From positions 1-56,237 of the IMG/VR virus record IMGVR_UViG_3300032462_000007: a DNA stretch of 56,237 bases. One strand, given 5' to 3'. The notes beneath the pieces are model-generated. The model ran no database searches and had not been told where the DNA came from. It saw only the letters and a list, made by a program, of their open reading frames with translations. This document shows positions 8,126 to 15,893 of this stretch, one piece after another. This stretch comes from a virus (taxonomy: Duplodnaviria; Caudoviricetes). Within the stretch, counting starts at the first letter, position 1; the number at the start of each line of letters is the position of its first letter. The position numbers and the translations under genes are program-made.

Positions 8126-8316
8126 TGTATATGTATAACTACACAGTAGAGTTCGTATTAGAAAGTGCAGTCATTCTTACACACCTATCTTTTGATGAGC
8201 CAGATCAGCCTCACGATGTTGTAATCGAAGAAGCCCGTCAGAACTTGATTAAAGACTACAAGATTGACCCAGAAGTTTTATACCTACAAGACACAATTGT
8301 GCATGAGGAGAACTAA
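8125..8316 (+). CDS. Hypothetical protein
   Basis: TAATG coupling, GAGG RBS. Confidence 0.65.
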   Translation: MYMYNYTVEFVLESAVILTHLSFDEPDQPHDVVIEEARQNLIKDYKIDPEVLYLQDTIVHEEN

Positions 8317-8384
8317 TGACATTAGTACTGGAAGTTATGACCTGCAAGACTGAGAACTATCTAATGCCTCTGGAGGTAAGTTAA

Positions 8385-8819
8385 GTGATTGATTTATCAG
8401 ATGTAGTTATTGACTATGTAATGGCTATTCCCACCTCCTGCCAGGCTCCAGAGTTCTATATTGGTCCGAATGGGTTCGAAGTATATGCAACCGTCTCTAA
8501 GGGCGACAGAGAAATCAACGTGGCTTGTAATGGAGAGATGTACTTAACCGTGCCCAACATTTATAGTGACGGACTATTAGTAGATACTGATAATATCATT
8601 AGATACCCTTCAGACCTCCATGAATATGGTATAGATGATGATATCCGATTGAACCAGTTTATTAAAACAGTTAGTAATGCTGGCTTTCAGGTATGCCACG
8701 AAAATCCTTGGTGGGAGATATTCTCTGATAATGACCCTGACGGTATCATATGTGAGACATTCTATGGTGCTATTGATCAGGCAACCGAATTACTATTCGA
8801 TGAGGAGTATTGGGCATGA
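8385..8819 (+). CDS. Hypothetical acidic protein
   Basis: GGAGGT RBS, GTG start. Confidence 0.7.
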   Translation: MIDLSDVVIDYVMAIPTSCQAPEFYIGPNGFEVYATVSKGDREINVACNGEMYLTVPNIYSDGLLVDTDNIIRYPSDLHEYGIDDDIRLNQFIKTVSNAGFQVCHENPWWEIFSDNDPDGIICETFYGAIDQATELLFDEEYWA

Positions 8820-9028
8820 ACTTAAATCACTATGATGTCTTTGACCATATTCTACCAAATTGTTTAGAAGCTGGGGACATAATTAAATGGGAAGGGGAAG
8901 TCTATACAGTTAAGGACTTTGATATGCTATCTGATGGTTTTATGATATATGCCATAGATGAAATGGAAGAAGCAGTAGAACTACTAATACCCGATGATAC
9001 CGTACTTTCATTAATGGAAGAACAATAG
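8816..9028 (+). CDS. Small acidic protein
   Basis: GAGGAG RBS, ATGA overlap with the upstream gene. Confidence 0.65.
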   Translation: MNLNHYDVFDHILPNCLEAGDIIKWEGEVYTVKDFDMLSDGFMIYAIDEMEEAVELLIPDDTVLSLMEEQ

Positions 9029-9030
9029 GA

Positions 9031-9060
9031 TTTGACAATTCTGTCAAAATAGTGTAAAAT
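9031..9060 (+). promoter_or_regulatory. SigA promoter overlapped by a palindrome
   Basis: TTGACA-N17-TAAAAT; TTTGACA-ATTC-TGTCAAA inverted repeat covers the -35. Confidence 0.7.
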
Positions 9061-9321
9061 TGATACAAGACAACCTTCAGGAGAAAAATGACAAGAGAAA
9101 CACTACGCAAGTTAAAGAAACAACGATACACCTCATTAGAAAAATGGGGAGAGACTGATCGTGTGGTTATCCGAGACGGCTTAGGTCATTTCGTATACAA
9201 CACCAACCTAACTTCATTACGCCGCAACAAGGTAATGCGTTCCCGCTAACCAGGCATACAGGTGGGCAGGGAGATCCTCTGCCCCCTAAATGTCAGACCT
9301 CTATGATAGAATGAGAGAACT

Positions 9322-9564
9322 ATGGGAAAATCACAAATAGAAAGCATTTCAAACAAAATCGTTGCACTTTTAGCAGACGGTAGAATAAGTCAGGCGGATT
9401 GGAGAATTTGGATACCAAAACGATTGACAGAACATAATAAAATGATAGTTGCAAATGCAAAGAACTTAGCAGACGGAATAAACGAGGCATTGGAAAATGA
9501 CGAAATTGAAATTAGTAAAGAACTCTTATTCGATTACCAGACAGGAAAACAAAATGGACAATAG
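9322..9564 (+). CDS. Hypothetical protein
   Basis: Follows the promoter at 9291-9312. Confidence 0.65.
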   Translation: MGKSQIESISNKIVALLADGRISQADWRIWIPKRLTEHNKMIVANAKNLADGINEALENDEIEISKELLFDYQTGKQNGQ

Positions 9565-9832
9565 AGAAATGGGTAATGTTGAAAAAGCAGAAATCATTGT
9601 GCAATTTACTCAAGATGCTTTTAATGATGATTTGTATTCTGACTTTTTTGATTATAATGATTTAGGTGTACCACTTTCTATTGCTGTTCAGCAAGAAATG
9701 GTTATTCTAACTGATGCTGGAGAAGGAGTATTACAAGAAACTTGGAAAGAATTATGCACAATGTTTAATGCAGACCCAGAAAAAGAATATGAAAGTATTG
9801 ATGATTTAATGTTGCTAGAAGAATTAGAATAA
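9554..9832 (+). CDS. Hypothetical protein (YNDLGVPL motif; likely start MDNREM)
   Basis: AGGA RBS before ATG 9554. Confidence 0.65.
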   Translation: MDNREMGNVEKAEIIVQFTQDAFNDDLYSDFFDYNDLGVPLSIAVQQEMVILTDAGEGVLQETWKELCTMFNADPEKEYESIDDLMLLEELE

Positions 9833-9840
9833 AATTCTTG

Positions 9841-9915
9841 GGGGTGGTAGCTCAGTTGGTTTAGAGCAAATGACTCATAATCATTCGGTCGTCAGTTCAA
9901 GTCTGACCCACCCCA
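9841..9915 (+). tRNA. tRNA with CAT anticodon (Ile2-like or elongator Met)
   Basis: GGGGTGG/CCACCCC acceptor, AATGA-CT-CAT-AA-TCATT, GTCAG-TTCAAGT-CTGAC; lacks the initiator GGG/CCC anticodon stem. Confidence 0.9.
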
Positions 9916-10013
9916 CCTACAATGCCAAAAAAGACCGCGCCCACATTTTAAACATTCAACATTATTAAGAATAAGCCATTTTTCCCCTGGATATTTTGGG
10001 GAATATTAGATAT

Positions 10014-10042
10014 TTGACAAATAAAGACATAAGGAGTATAAT
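10014..10042 (+). promoter_or_regulatory. Perfect SigA promoter, leaderless transcript
   Basis: TTGACA-N17-TATAAT, ATG 6 nt later. Confidence 0.85.
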
Positions 10043-10048
10043 AGATAT

Positions 10049-10576
10049 ATGACCATTGTAATAGGGCTTATTCAAGAGGGTATTATATATATGGGATCAG
10101 ATAGAAGTATGAGTGATTTATATAGTATATCTTCTCCTATTACCCCGAAAATAAAAAAGAATGGTCAATTTTTAATTGGTTATGCATCTTCAAGAGGTAC
10201 TGGTCAAATAGCTCATTATATGGATTTTCCAAATGTTCTTAAAAAGGATGTTGATAAATATATGAGAACTGAATTTATATTTGCCCTTAAAAAAGAGATT
10301 GATAAATTTGGTTTAGATATATCAGATGATGATAAAGCTGCTGCAGATTTTCTGGTAGGAATTCATGGAAGACTATTTGATATCTCTACTAATGAATGGC
10401 AGGTAAATGAATATGATAAATATACTGCTATTGGAGCTGGTAGTTCATTTGCAATAGGTTCATTAGATACCTCAGAATCATGGAAAGATCCTGTTAAGAA
10501 AATAAAGAAAGCTTTAGATGTAGCTATTAATAACAATCCTAATTGTAAATATCCTATTGACATTTTACATTCATAG
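10049..10576 (+). CDS. Ntn-hydrolase, proteasome-beta/HslV-like peptidase
   Basis: N-terminal M-T-I-V-I-G nucleophile Thr, GSDR, AIGAGSSFAIGSL. Confidence 0.75.
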   Translation: MTIVIGLIQEGIIYMGSDRSMSDLYSISSPITPKIKKNGQFLIGYASSRGTGQIAHYMDFPNVLKKDVDKYMRTEFIFALKKEIDKFGLDISDDDKAAADFLVGIHGRLFDISTNEWQVNEYDKYTAIGAGSSFAIGSLDTSESWKDPVKKIKKALDVAINNNPNCKYPIDILHS

Positions 10577-11185
10577 ACATATTACGAAGTAATCAAATAT
10601 ACCCTGGAAATATTTTGGGGATCAATTAAATATCCTATAACAAATCTCTATATAGTTATAGTAAATATCATTATCCTATATATACTATTAAGAAGATGTT
10701 TATATGCCCTGAAAATTTTGGCGGGTAGAAATAAAATATCCTTATACCATTTCTCCCATAACTACCATTAAGAAGATAACAAAATAGCCTGGATATTTAA
10801 AATATTTATAGGAAGATCAAATATCTTGCAGAATGTATATAGAATATAAAGATTTGATATATGTATTTGAAAGAATTACCTTAAAAACCCATTGGATAAA
10901 GGGGATTAAGAAGGATTTTTATATATTTCTGAATCTCCAAATATCTCCATTAAAATCCATTTATCTCCACTTATAAACAATAGATATCTTCATTCATTAA
11001 AATAGAGTATTTTCCTGTATCAAATCAGGGTATTCAAAGGGTATTACAGGGACATCTTCTATGTCATAAAAGCCCATATAGCTCATATCAGACACTTTCT
11101 GGTATATATGATATCCCAAGACAATGTATATATAGTTATAGTAGTTATGGTAAGAGTGTTATAATTTGCTATCCCCGAAATTTAC

Positions 11186-11542
11186 CTAGATATTTAAATA
11201 GAAGATAGCTCTCATCATTCTATCTTTATCATCCTTAAATATTCCAATTCCTCTATTGCAATTGTGACATAGGTGTCCTCTAAATTCTCCAGATATATGG
11301 TCATGATCAACAACCCAAACACTTGCATTTCCGCCAGTACCTTTTAGACTATCTTCATCTTTTAAACATATCGGACATATGTGTCCAGATTCAGGATATC
11401 CATATATGCTTCTAAGATGCTTTCTTTCCTTAGATAGTTTCTTAGCACATTGTTTGCATTCAGGTCTTAAATACTTCCCGCCAGAAGAGGGTGAGAAATA
11501 GGAGTGCTCAAGAGTCTCAAGGCACTTAGAACATTGTTTCAT
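11186..11542 (-). CDS. Endonuclease VII-family nuclease
   Basis: CPIC...VDHDHISGEFRGHLCHNCNRGIG, N-terminal CxxC pairs. Confidence 0.85.
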   Translation of the reverse strand: MKQCSKCLETLEHSYFSPSSGGKYLRPECKQCAKKLSKERKHLRSIYGYPESGHICPICLKDEDSLKGTGGNASVWVVDHDHISGEFRGHLCHNCNRGIGIFKDDKDRMMRAIFYLNI

Positions 11543-11617
11543 GTCTTATCCTTATAAAGAAATTCTGCCCTTGCACCACATCTTTCAGTGGGCAGAGGGG
11601 CAGAACAATACATCTTA

Positions 11618-11646
11618 ATTATACCAGCTTTAATCAACATTGTCAA
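11618..11646 (-). promoter_or_regulatory. Perfect SigA promoter followed by a long hairpin (11563-11605)
   Basis: TTGACA-N17-TATAAT on - strand; TTCTGCCC...GGGCAGAA stem. Confidence 0.8.
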
Positions 11647-11963
11647 TAGGCTCTTCAAGATCTGGATAGTATACCATTTCATCATTTGTTGCAAAACAAA
11701 TAGAGCAGGTAATTTGACCATCTAGATCTAATACAAAATCACAACTATGCATATCTTATCCTATCTTATATAGATGCTTGTTTCAAGCAAAGGGTATACT
11801 ATTTCTGCCGATTTTTCGAGTTAAATAAAAGGCTTCCCACATTTACAATTTAAGAGATATTTATTTTTAATTGGAAATGAGCAATAGTGTTTTAAGCTAA
11901 AGGTATTGCTTAAATAGATAGCGACATAGTAATATGCATTAATTAGTTTATTAAACAATCCCA

Positions 11964-12311
11964 TCATGAGAAGGAGTCCCCACAAGCGCATGAGCCACCA
12001 GAATTTGGGTTGTCTATTGTGAAACCTTGCTTCTCAAGAGTGTCGTCATATTCGATCACAGAGCCGCTAAGATACGGTATACTCGTCCGATCTACGACCA
12101 AATCTACGTCATTTACTTTTGTGTTGAAGTCACCATCAAGGACTCTATCATCAAAGAATAGCTGGTAACGTAATCCAGAGCAACCTCCAGGTTGAACGGA
12201 TATGCGAAGGCTTAAGTCATCTCTACCCTCTTGGTCTAAAAATTGCTTAACTTTTGTAGCAGCAGTTTCTGTAATTAAAATGCTATTTTCTTGAATCGTC
12301 TCTGTTGTCAT
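11964..12311 (-). CDS. iscA: A-type Fe-S carrier, IscA/ErpA/HesB family
   Basis: GGCSGLRYQL.FD and NPN..GSCACGDSF with all three Cys. Confidence 0.92.
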   Translation of the reverse strand: MTTETIQENSILITETAATKVKQFLDQEGRDDLSLRISVQPGGCSGLRYQLFFDDRVLDGDFNTKVNDVDLVVDRTSIPYLSGSVIEYDDTLEKQGFTIDNPNSGGSCACGDSFS

Positions 12312-12317
12312 ATTTTA

Positions 12318-12346
12318 ATTATACTCTCTATTGGTAAAATTGTCAA
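12318..12346 (-). promoter_or_regulatory. Perfect SigA promoter, leaderless iscA mRNA
   Basis: TTGACA-N17-TATAAT-TAAAAT-ATG. Confidence 0.85.
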
Positions 12347-12567
12347 ATTATAAAAGTCAGTTTGCCAGGCCATTACCTGTGGGAATATGTGCAACTGACA
12401 AACACATATTGCTAAAAAAATAGGAGGTTCTTAGTAGTATAACTATTGACGAGATAATTACTTGCTAGGATTTATCCTACAAAACTGCAACAGCCCCTTT
12501 ATGAATTCAGTGTGTCACACCTATCCAATAGTCTCCCTCTGGAGACGTTCGTGTTGATCAGTTTTAG

Positions 12568-12640
12568 CTCTCAGAGCAAGATTCGAACTTGCGACAAATC
12601 GATTAACAGTCGATCACTCTACCAGCTGAGTTATCCGAGA
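12568..12640 (-). tRNA. tRNA-Asn (GTT)
   Basis: Reverse complement: TCTCGGA...ATCGA-CT-GTT-AA-TCGAT...GCAAG-TTCGAAT-CTTGC-TCTGAGA-G. Confidence 0.92.
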
Positions 12641-12756
12641 TTGGCTATCAAACCTTTGCATATCCAGTTTTTTTCTTATTCATAGATCCAGGCTTATTGT
12701 ACCCATTATTATTTGGTACATGGCTTTTACGGATTTCTAAGGCTTTAAGAACTTTT

Positions 12757-12936
12757 TCATGGTGCTTTCCCACTGGTATCGCCTTTCTTTTTTAGCCCCT
12801 CAAGTTCACTTTCAAAGGCCTTAATAGCTTGGTTTGCTTGAACTTTTAATAATGCCATCTGGGTTTCGTACTGGCTTGTAATTTGGCCAATTCTTAGTTG
12901 TAATTCTTGTATTACCATTTCTAGTGTTTCAGACAT
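12757..12936 (-). CDS. Small coiled-coil protein (likely start MSETLE)
   Basis: ELQLRIGQITSQYETQMALLK; AAGGGA RBS. Confidence 0.6.
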   Translation of the reverse strand: MSETLEMVIQELQLRIGQITSQYETQMALLKVQANQAIKAFESELEGLKKKGDTSGKAP

Positions 12937-13057
12937 TTTCTTTATCCCTTTCTTAGGATGTTGTCTCCGCTTTTTTGCATTAATAATATTATTTTGTAGA
13001 ATTACTAATAGTTTGAATACTAACATTCCTACTAATACTGCAGTAAATAGTTACATA

Positions 13058-13420
13058 TTATTTCCTAATACCTTCTAAAATTGCAAGCCTTTCATCATAC
13101 CTCGTCATTTCGAGGATTAACTCTTCTACTGCGTGACGCAAATTGTACTCAGTTTCTGGAACTTCAATCTTATCCTCTATTTTATCCAGTCTTTGGAATA
13201 TTGATTCTATGGATTTTGCCGCCCAAGTATTGATTGGCTTGTACGCTTTACCGTCTCTTAGGCCATGTTTATGACCTAAGTCGTAACCTTCATGAAACCT
13301 ATCCTCTAAATTGAGATTAGATTTTTCAAGTTTACTGTTGCGTTCTTTTAGACCTGCCTTGTAACCCATGTCATATTGTTCCTTGTTATGAGCAATTAAA
13401 TCTATATATGTTACTGTCAT
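13058..13420 (-). CDS. Hypothetical protein with GYxxG repeats (likely start MTVTYI)
   Basis: AAGGA RBS before ATG 13420. Confidence 0.6.
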   Translation of the reverse strand: MTVTYIDLIAHNKEQYDMGYKAGLKERNSKLEKSNLNLEDRFHEGYDLGHKHGLRDGKAYKPINTWAAKSIESIFQRLDKIEDKIEVPETEYNLRHAVEELILEMTRYDERLAILEGIRK

Positions 13421-13435
13421 TTTGTTTCCTTTGTT

Positions 13436-13520
13436 TGTAACTATTGTCCTATTAAGGGTTATCATTGTGTAACTATTTTGCTATTAAGGGTAGTTTTATG
13501 TAACTATTTTGGCATTAAGG
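13436..13520. repeat. Three tandem 31-32 bp repeats
   Basis: TGTAACTATT..ATTAAGG units at 13436, 13468, 13499. Confidence 0.75.
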
Positions 13521-13573
13521 CAATAATCTCATCTGCCATTTTTTCCCAATTCAATTCATGCCAGGATTCAAAA

Positions 13574-13816
13574 TCAATACCCTGTAGATGCTTCTAGACA
13601 ATATTCTTGATGCCAAGCTTCATAAGCCTGTTTTCTAAGGTCATTTTCCTTTTTCGTTTCTATTAGGAAATTTGAGAAAATATCTATCGCCCTTGATGAA
13701 GTTAGAATAGTTTCTCCAACTATCTTTTCAAGTCTAATAAGTCTTTTAATAAGAAACCATACTGCTACCACCAATGAAAATTGGGATAACAATATACATC
13801 CAATAACAATATTCAT
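13574..13816 (-). CDS. Membrane-anchored small protein
   Basis: N-terminal hydrophobic helix. Confidence 0.6.
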   Translation of the reverse strand: MNIVIGCILLSQFSLVVAVWFLIKRLIRLEKIVGETILTSSRAIDIFSNFLIETKKENDLRKQAYEAWHQEYCLEASTGY

Positions 13817-14031
13817 TATTTATTTGACTTATCTGCTTTGTACTTCCAAGATGCAATACTAAAATTAGGCTTTAAATCTTTCTTAATACCTTTTACAATT
13901 TCTTTTGCTTCCGCCTCAGTTTTCACATTGTAGTGAAAAGACCGTCTTGAACCCAAAGGTTCTATAACAATTACTTTTAATGAATCCATATCTTAATAAT
14001 ACCACTTTTCTATTAGGTTGTCAAGTTATAA

Positions 14032-14058
14032 AGGCAGTTTATTATCTTACCCAGGATA
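14032..14058 (-). ncRNA. Compact pseudoknot motif, copy 5
   Basis: TATC-CTGGGTAA-GATA-ATAAAC-TGCCT on - strand. Confidence 0.5.
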
Positions 14059-14153
14059 TCTAATTAAACTATTAAATCAACAAGAGAACTTTATATTTGA
14101 CTTTACATATGTTATCTAAAGTCATGTGTTTTAGAGCTTCTCTACCTGTGTAT

Positions 14154-14747
14154 TTATGATTTAACAGGCAAAGTATATCTGGAGTAAACTACTCTTTCTG
14201 ACCAGATTTTTTCAATTCTTACATATCCACCAGGTTTGGGGGAATGAACAATTTGACCATCTCCTATAAATATTCCATTATGATATGCGTGTCCACCTTT
14301 AGTTAAGAAAAATACAAGATCTCCTGGGACTGCTTCCTCAGCAGATATTCTTGTCATTTTTTCTAATTGCTCACCTGTGGATCTTGGAATTAATATTCCT
14401 TGCTTCTTATAGACATATTTAGTATATCCAGAGCAGTCAAAACCTCTTGGTGTAGTTCCGCCCCATGAATATGGGGTTCCAATATAGGATTTTCCTGTTT
14501 TAACGATATCTTCACTTAAAGATATTCTTTTAAGAGACCTTGAAGAGTCTACTCTGGCTCTTGTAATTAAATATTTATCAATATCTAATTGTATGATGTC
14601 GGAAGAAATATATCCTTCCCTTTCTGTTGTACTATTAGCACTGTTAGGACTGTAGCCTACTGGTAGCTTTGAATCATTTGTTGTTAAAACAAACAATGCA
14701 AGAAGCGCAATAGGGGCAGTCCAAAACAAGGTTTTAGACTTCATCAT
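14154..14747 (-). CDS. Secreted NlpC/P60 (C40) peptidase
   Basis: Signal anchor; [35 protein letters not shown]. Confidence 0.9.
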   Translation of the reverse strand: MMKSKTLFWTAPIALLALFVLTTNDSKLPVGYSPNSANSTTEREGYISSDIIQLDIDKYLITRARVDSSRSLKRISLSEDIVKTGKSYIGTPYSWGGTTPRGFDCSGYTKYVYKKQGILIPRSTGEQLEKMTRISAEEAVPGDLVFFLTKGGHAYHNGIFIGDGQIVHSPKPGGYVRIEKIWSERVVYSRYTLPVKS

Positions 14748-14809
14748 TAAATAGTAGCACACTTAGTGGCTAAAAGTCAAGTTATGTATGAATATTAAGA
14801 CAATAAAAA

Positions 14810-15322
14810 TTATTTACTTTTCTTTTTTATAATACGACTTTTACTTTTCTTTTTTATAGGAGACCTTTTTACTTTTTTTTTTACAACTGGAGCTACAACT
14901 TTTGCTTTTACTTTATTAACAACAGAAGCTGGCTTAGTTCCAAGTATCGTGGATGGATCCAGGTCTTTTCCTGAACCCCATCTAACATTGTCTCTCATTT
15001 CAAAATGAAGGTGAGGACCTGAAGAGTTTCCAGTGTTACCTGATTTTCCAATACTTTGTCCTTCTTTAACAACATCTCCTGGTTTTACCAGCTTTTTCGA
15101 TAAGTGTGCATAAATTACCCACCCACCATTTACTTTTTGTACCAGCTGAGTGCCATAAGCAGAACCCCAGTTAGCAGACTCAATTTTTCCATCAGTAACA
15201 GCAACAATGTCTGTTCCAGTTGGAACTGCAAAGTCAACTCCTGTGTGATATCCTTTTGACCACATTTTTCCAAGTTTTTTATAAGGTGTAGTGACCTTTC
15301 CATTTTTAATTGGTGAACCCAT
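14810..15322 (-). CDS. M23 peptidase, probable endolysin
   Basis: HTGVD, YAHL, GNSSGPHLHFE; Lys-rich C-terminal tail. Confidence 0.9.
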   Translation of the reverse strand: MGSPIKNGKVTTPYKKLGKMWSKGYHTGVDFAVPTGTDIVAVTDGKIESANWGSAYGTQLVQKVNGGWVIYAHLSKKLVKPGDVVKEGQSIGKSGNTGNSSGPHLHFEMRDNVRWGSGKDLDPSTILGTKPASVVNKVKAKVVAPVVKKKVKRSPIKKKSKSRIIKKKSK

Positions 15323-15347
15323 TTAAATCATTCCTTTTTTTTATAAT

Positions 15348-15380
15348 GGAGGGGGGGGCCTTTTGAGCCCCCCCACTCTC
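15348..15380 (-). terminator. GC-rich hairpin between the holin-like and M23 genes
   Basis: G-run / C-run inverted repeat. Confidence 0.45.
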
Positions 15381-15395
15381 TTACTCTATTGTACC

Positions 15396-15707
15396 CTATT
15401 TAGATTTCTTGTCTACTGCAGCAAATGCTGAATTAATTTCATCAGAACTTAGCTTGCCATCATCAAGAAATGATCTGGCAATTTTTTCAAGCACTGTAGC
15501 AACTCCAAGAGTTCCTGCCATAATTACTGCTGTCGCTGTATCAATTCCAACAAGCGATCCTGCACCAATAATCGATAGTCCAGAAGCAGCAAATACTGCG
15601 ACTATTCTAAAAAATATATTTACTAAGCTCGTTGCCGATTTAGATCCAATTATATCTTCTCCCGTTACAGTATCAATATTGTTTATATTAATTTTACCTT
15701 TTGTCAT
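15396..15707 (-). CDS. Holin-like membrane protein
   Basis: Two hydrophobic segments, directly upstream of the M23 gene; GAGGAGG RBS. Confidence 0.6.
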   Translation of the reverse strand: MTKGKININNIDTVTGEDIIGSKSATSLVNIFFRIVAVFAASGLSIIGAGSLVGIDTATAVIMAGTLGVATVLEKIARSFLDDGKLSSDEINSAFAAVDKKSK

Positions 15708-15892
15708 TTTGTTTCCTCCTCTTTGTTTTCTCTTATTCCCATTGAAAATAACCAGACGATTGTTGCCCAAAGTATTGCCCAGCCAACAACTACTTTTGCT
15801 GAGCCATCTAACACTGCCCAGGCAATAAACATTCCAAGTAAAGTAAAGGTTTGATTCAATATTTCAAGTGACCATTTTTTTATCCATTTCAT
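15704..15892 (-). CDS. Small two-TM membrane protein
   Basis: TFTLLGMFIAWAVL...VVGWAILWATIVWLFSM. Confidence 0.7.
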   Translation of the reverse strand: MKWIKKWSLEILNQTFTLLGMFIAWAVLDGSAKVVVGWAILWATIVWLFSMGIRENKEEETK

Positions 15893-15893
15893 C

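Larger units (their letters stand above)
175..9312 (+). promoter_or_regulatory. Ten promoters of form TGTYASACC-N4-TGn-TAnnnT (RecA-NDp/PafBC-like geometry)
   Basis: Motif starts at 175, 361, 659, 1755, 2216, 2882, 3832, 4550, 7274, 9291; the -10 hexamer always begins 16 nt after the first T; each precedes an ORF. Confidence 0.85.
109..9942 (+). repeat. Dispersed GCCGCGCCCC box family (7 exact and 2 degenerate copies) heading early-arm modules
   Basis: Exact copies at 109, 302, 1690, 2817, 3442, 4496, 5899; CCGCGCC cores at 7149 and 9935; all in the same orientation, intergenic, and followed within about 30 bp by TAAGA (mostly TTTAAGA). Confidence 0.9.

Noticed and set aside
109-9942. GC-box repeats as a CRISPR array, with the Cas4-like gene as a cas locus
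   Set aside because: The repeats are only 10 bp, spaced 0.2-2.8 kb apart and separated by genes. The Cas4-like gene is a solo nuclease in the recombination cluster, with no cas1/cas2.
109-9942. Integron attC cassette array
   Set aside because: No RYYYAAC/GTTRRRY inverted-repeat structure around the boxes, and no integrase in the window.
11539-11721. 60-aa ORF upstream of EndoVII
   Set aside because: It spans a perfect promoter and a hairpin. A different-frame 40-aa ORF (11630-11752, MHSCDFVLDLDGQITCSIC) has better promoter support.
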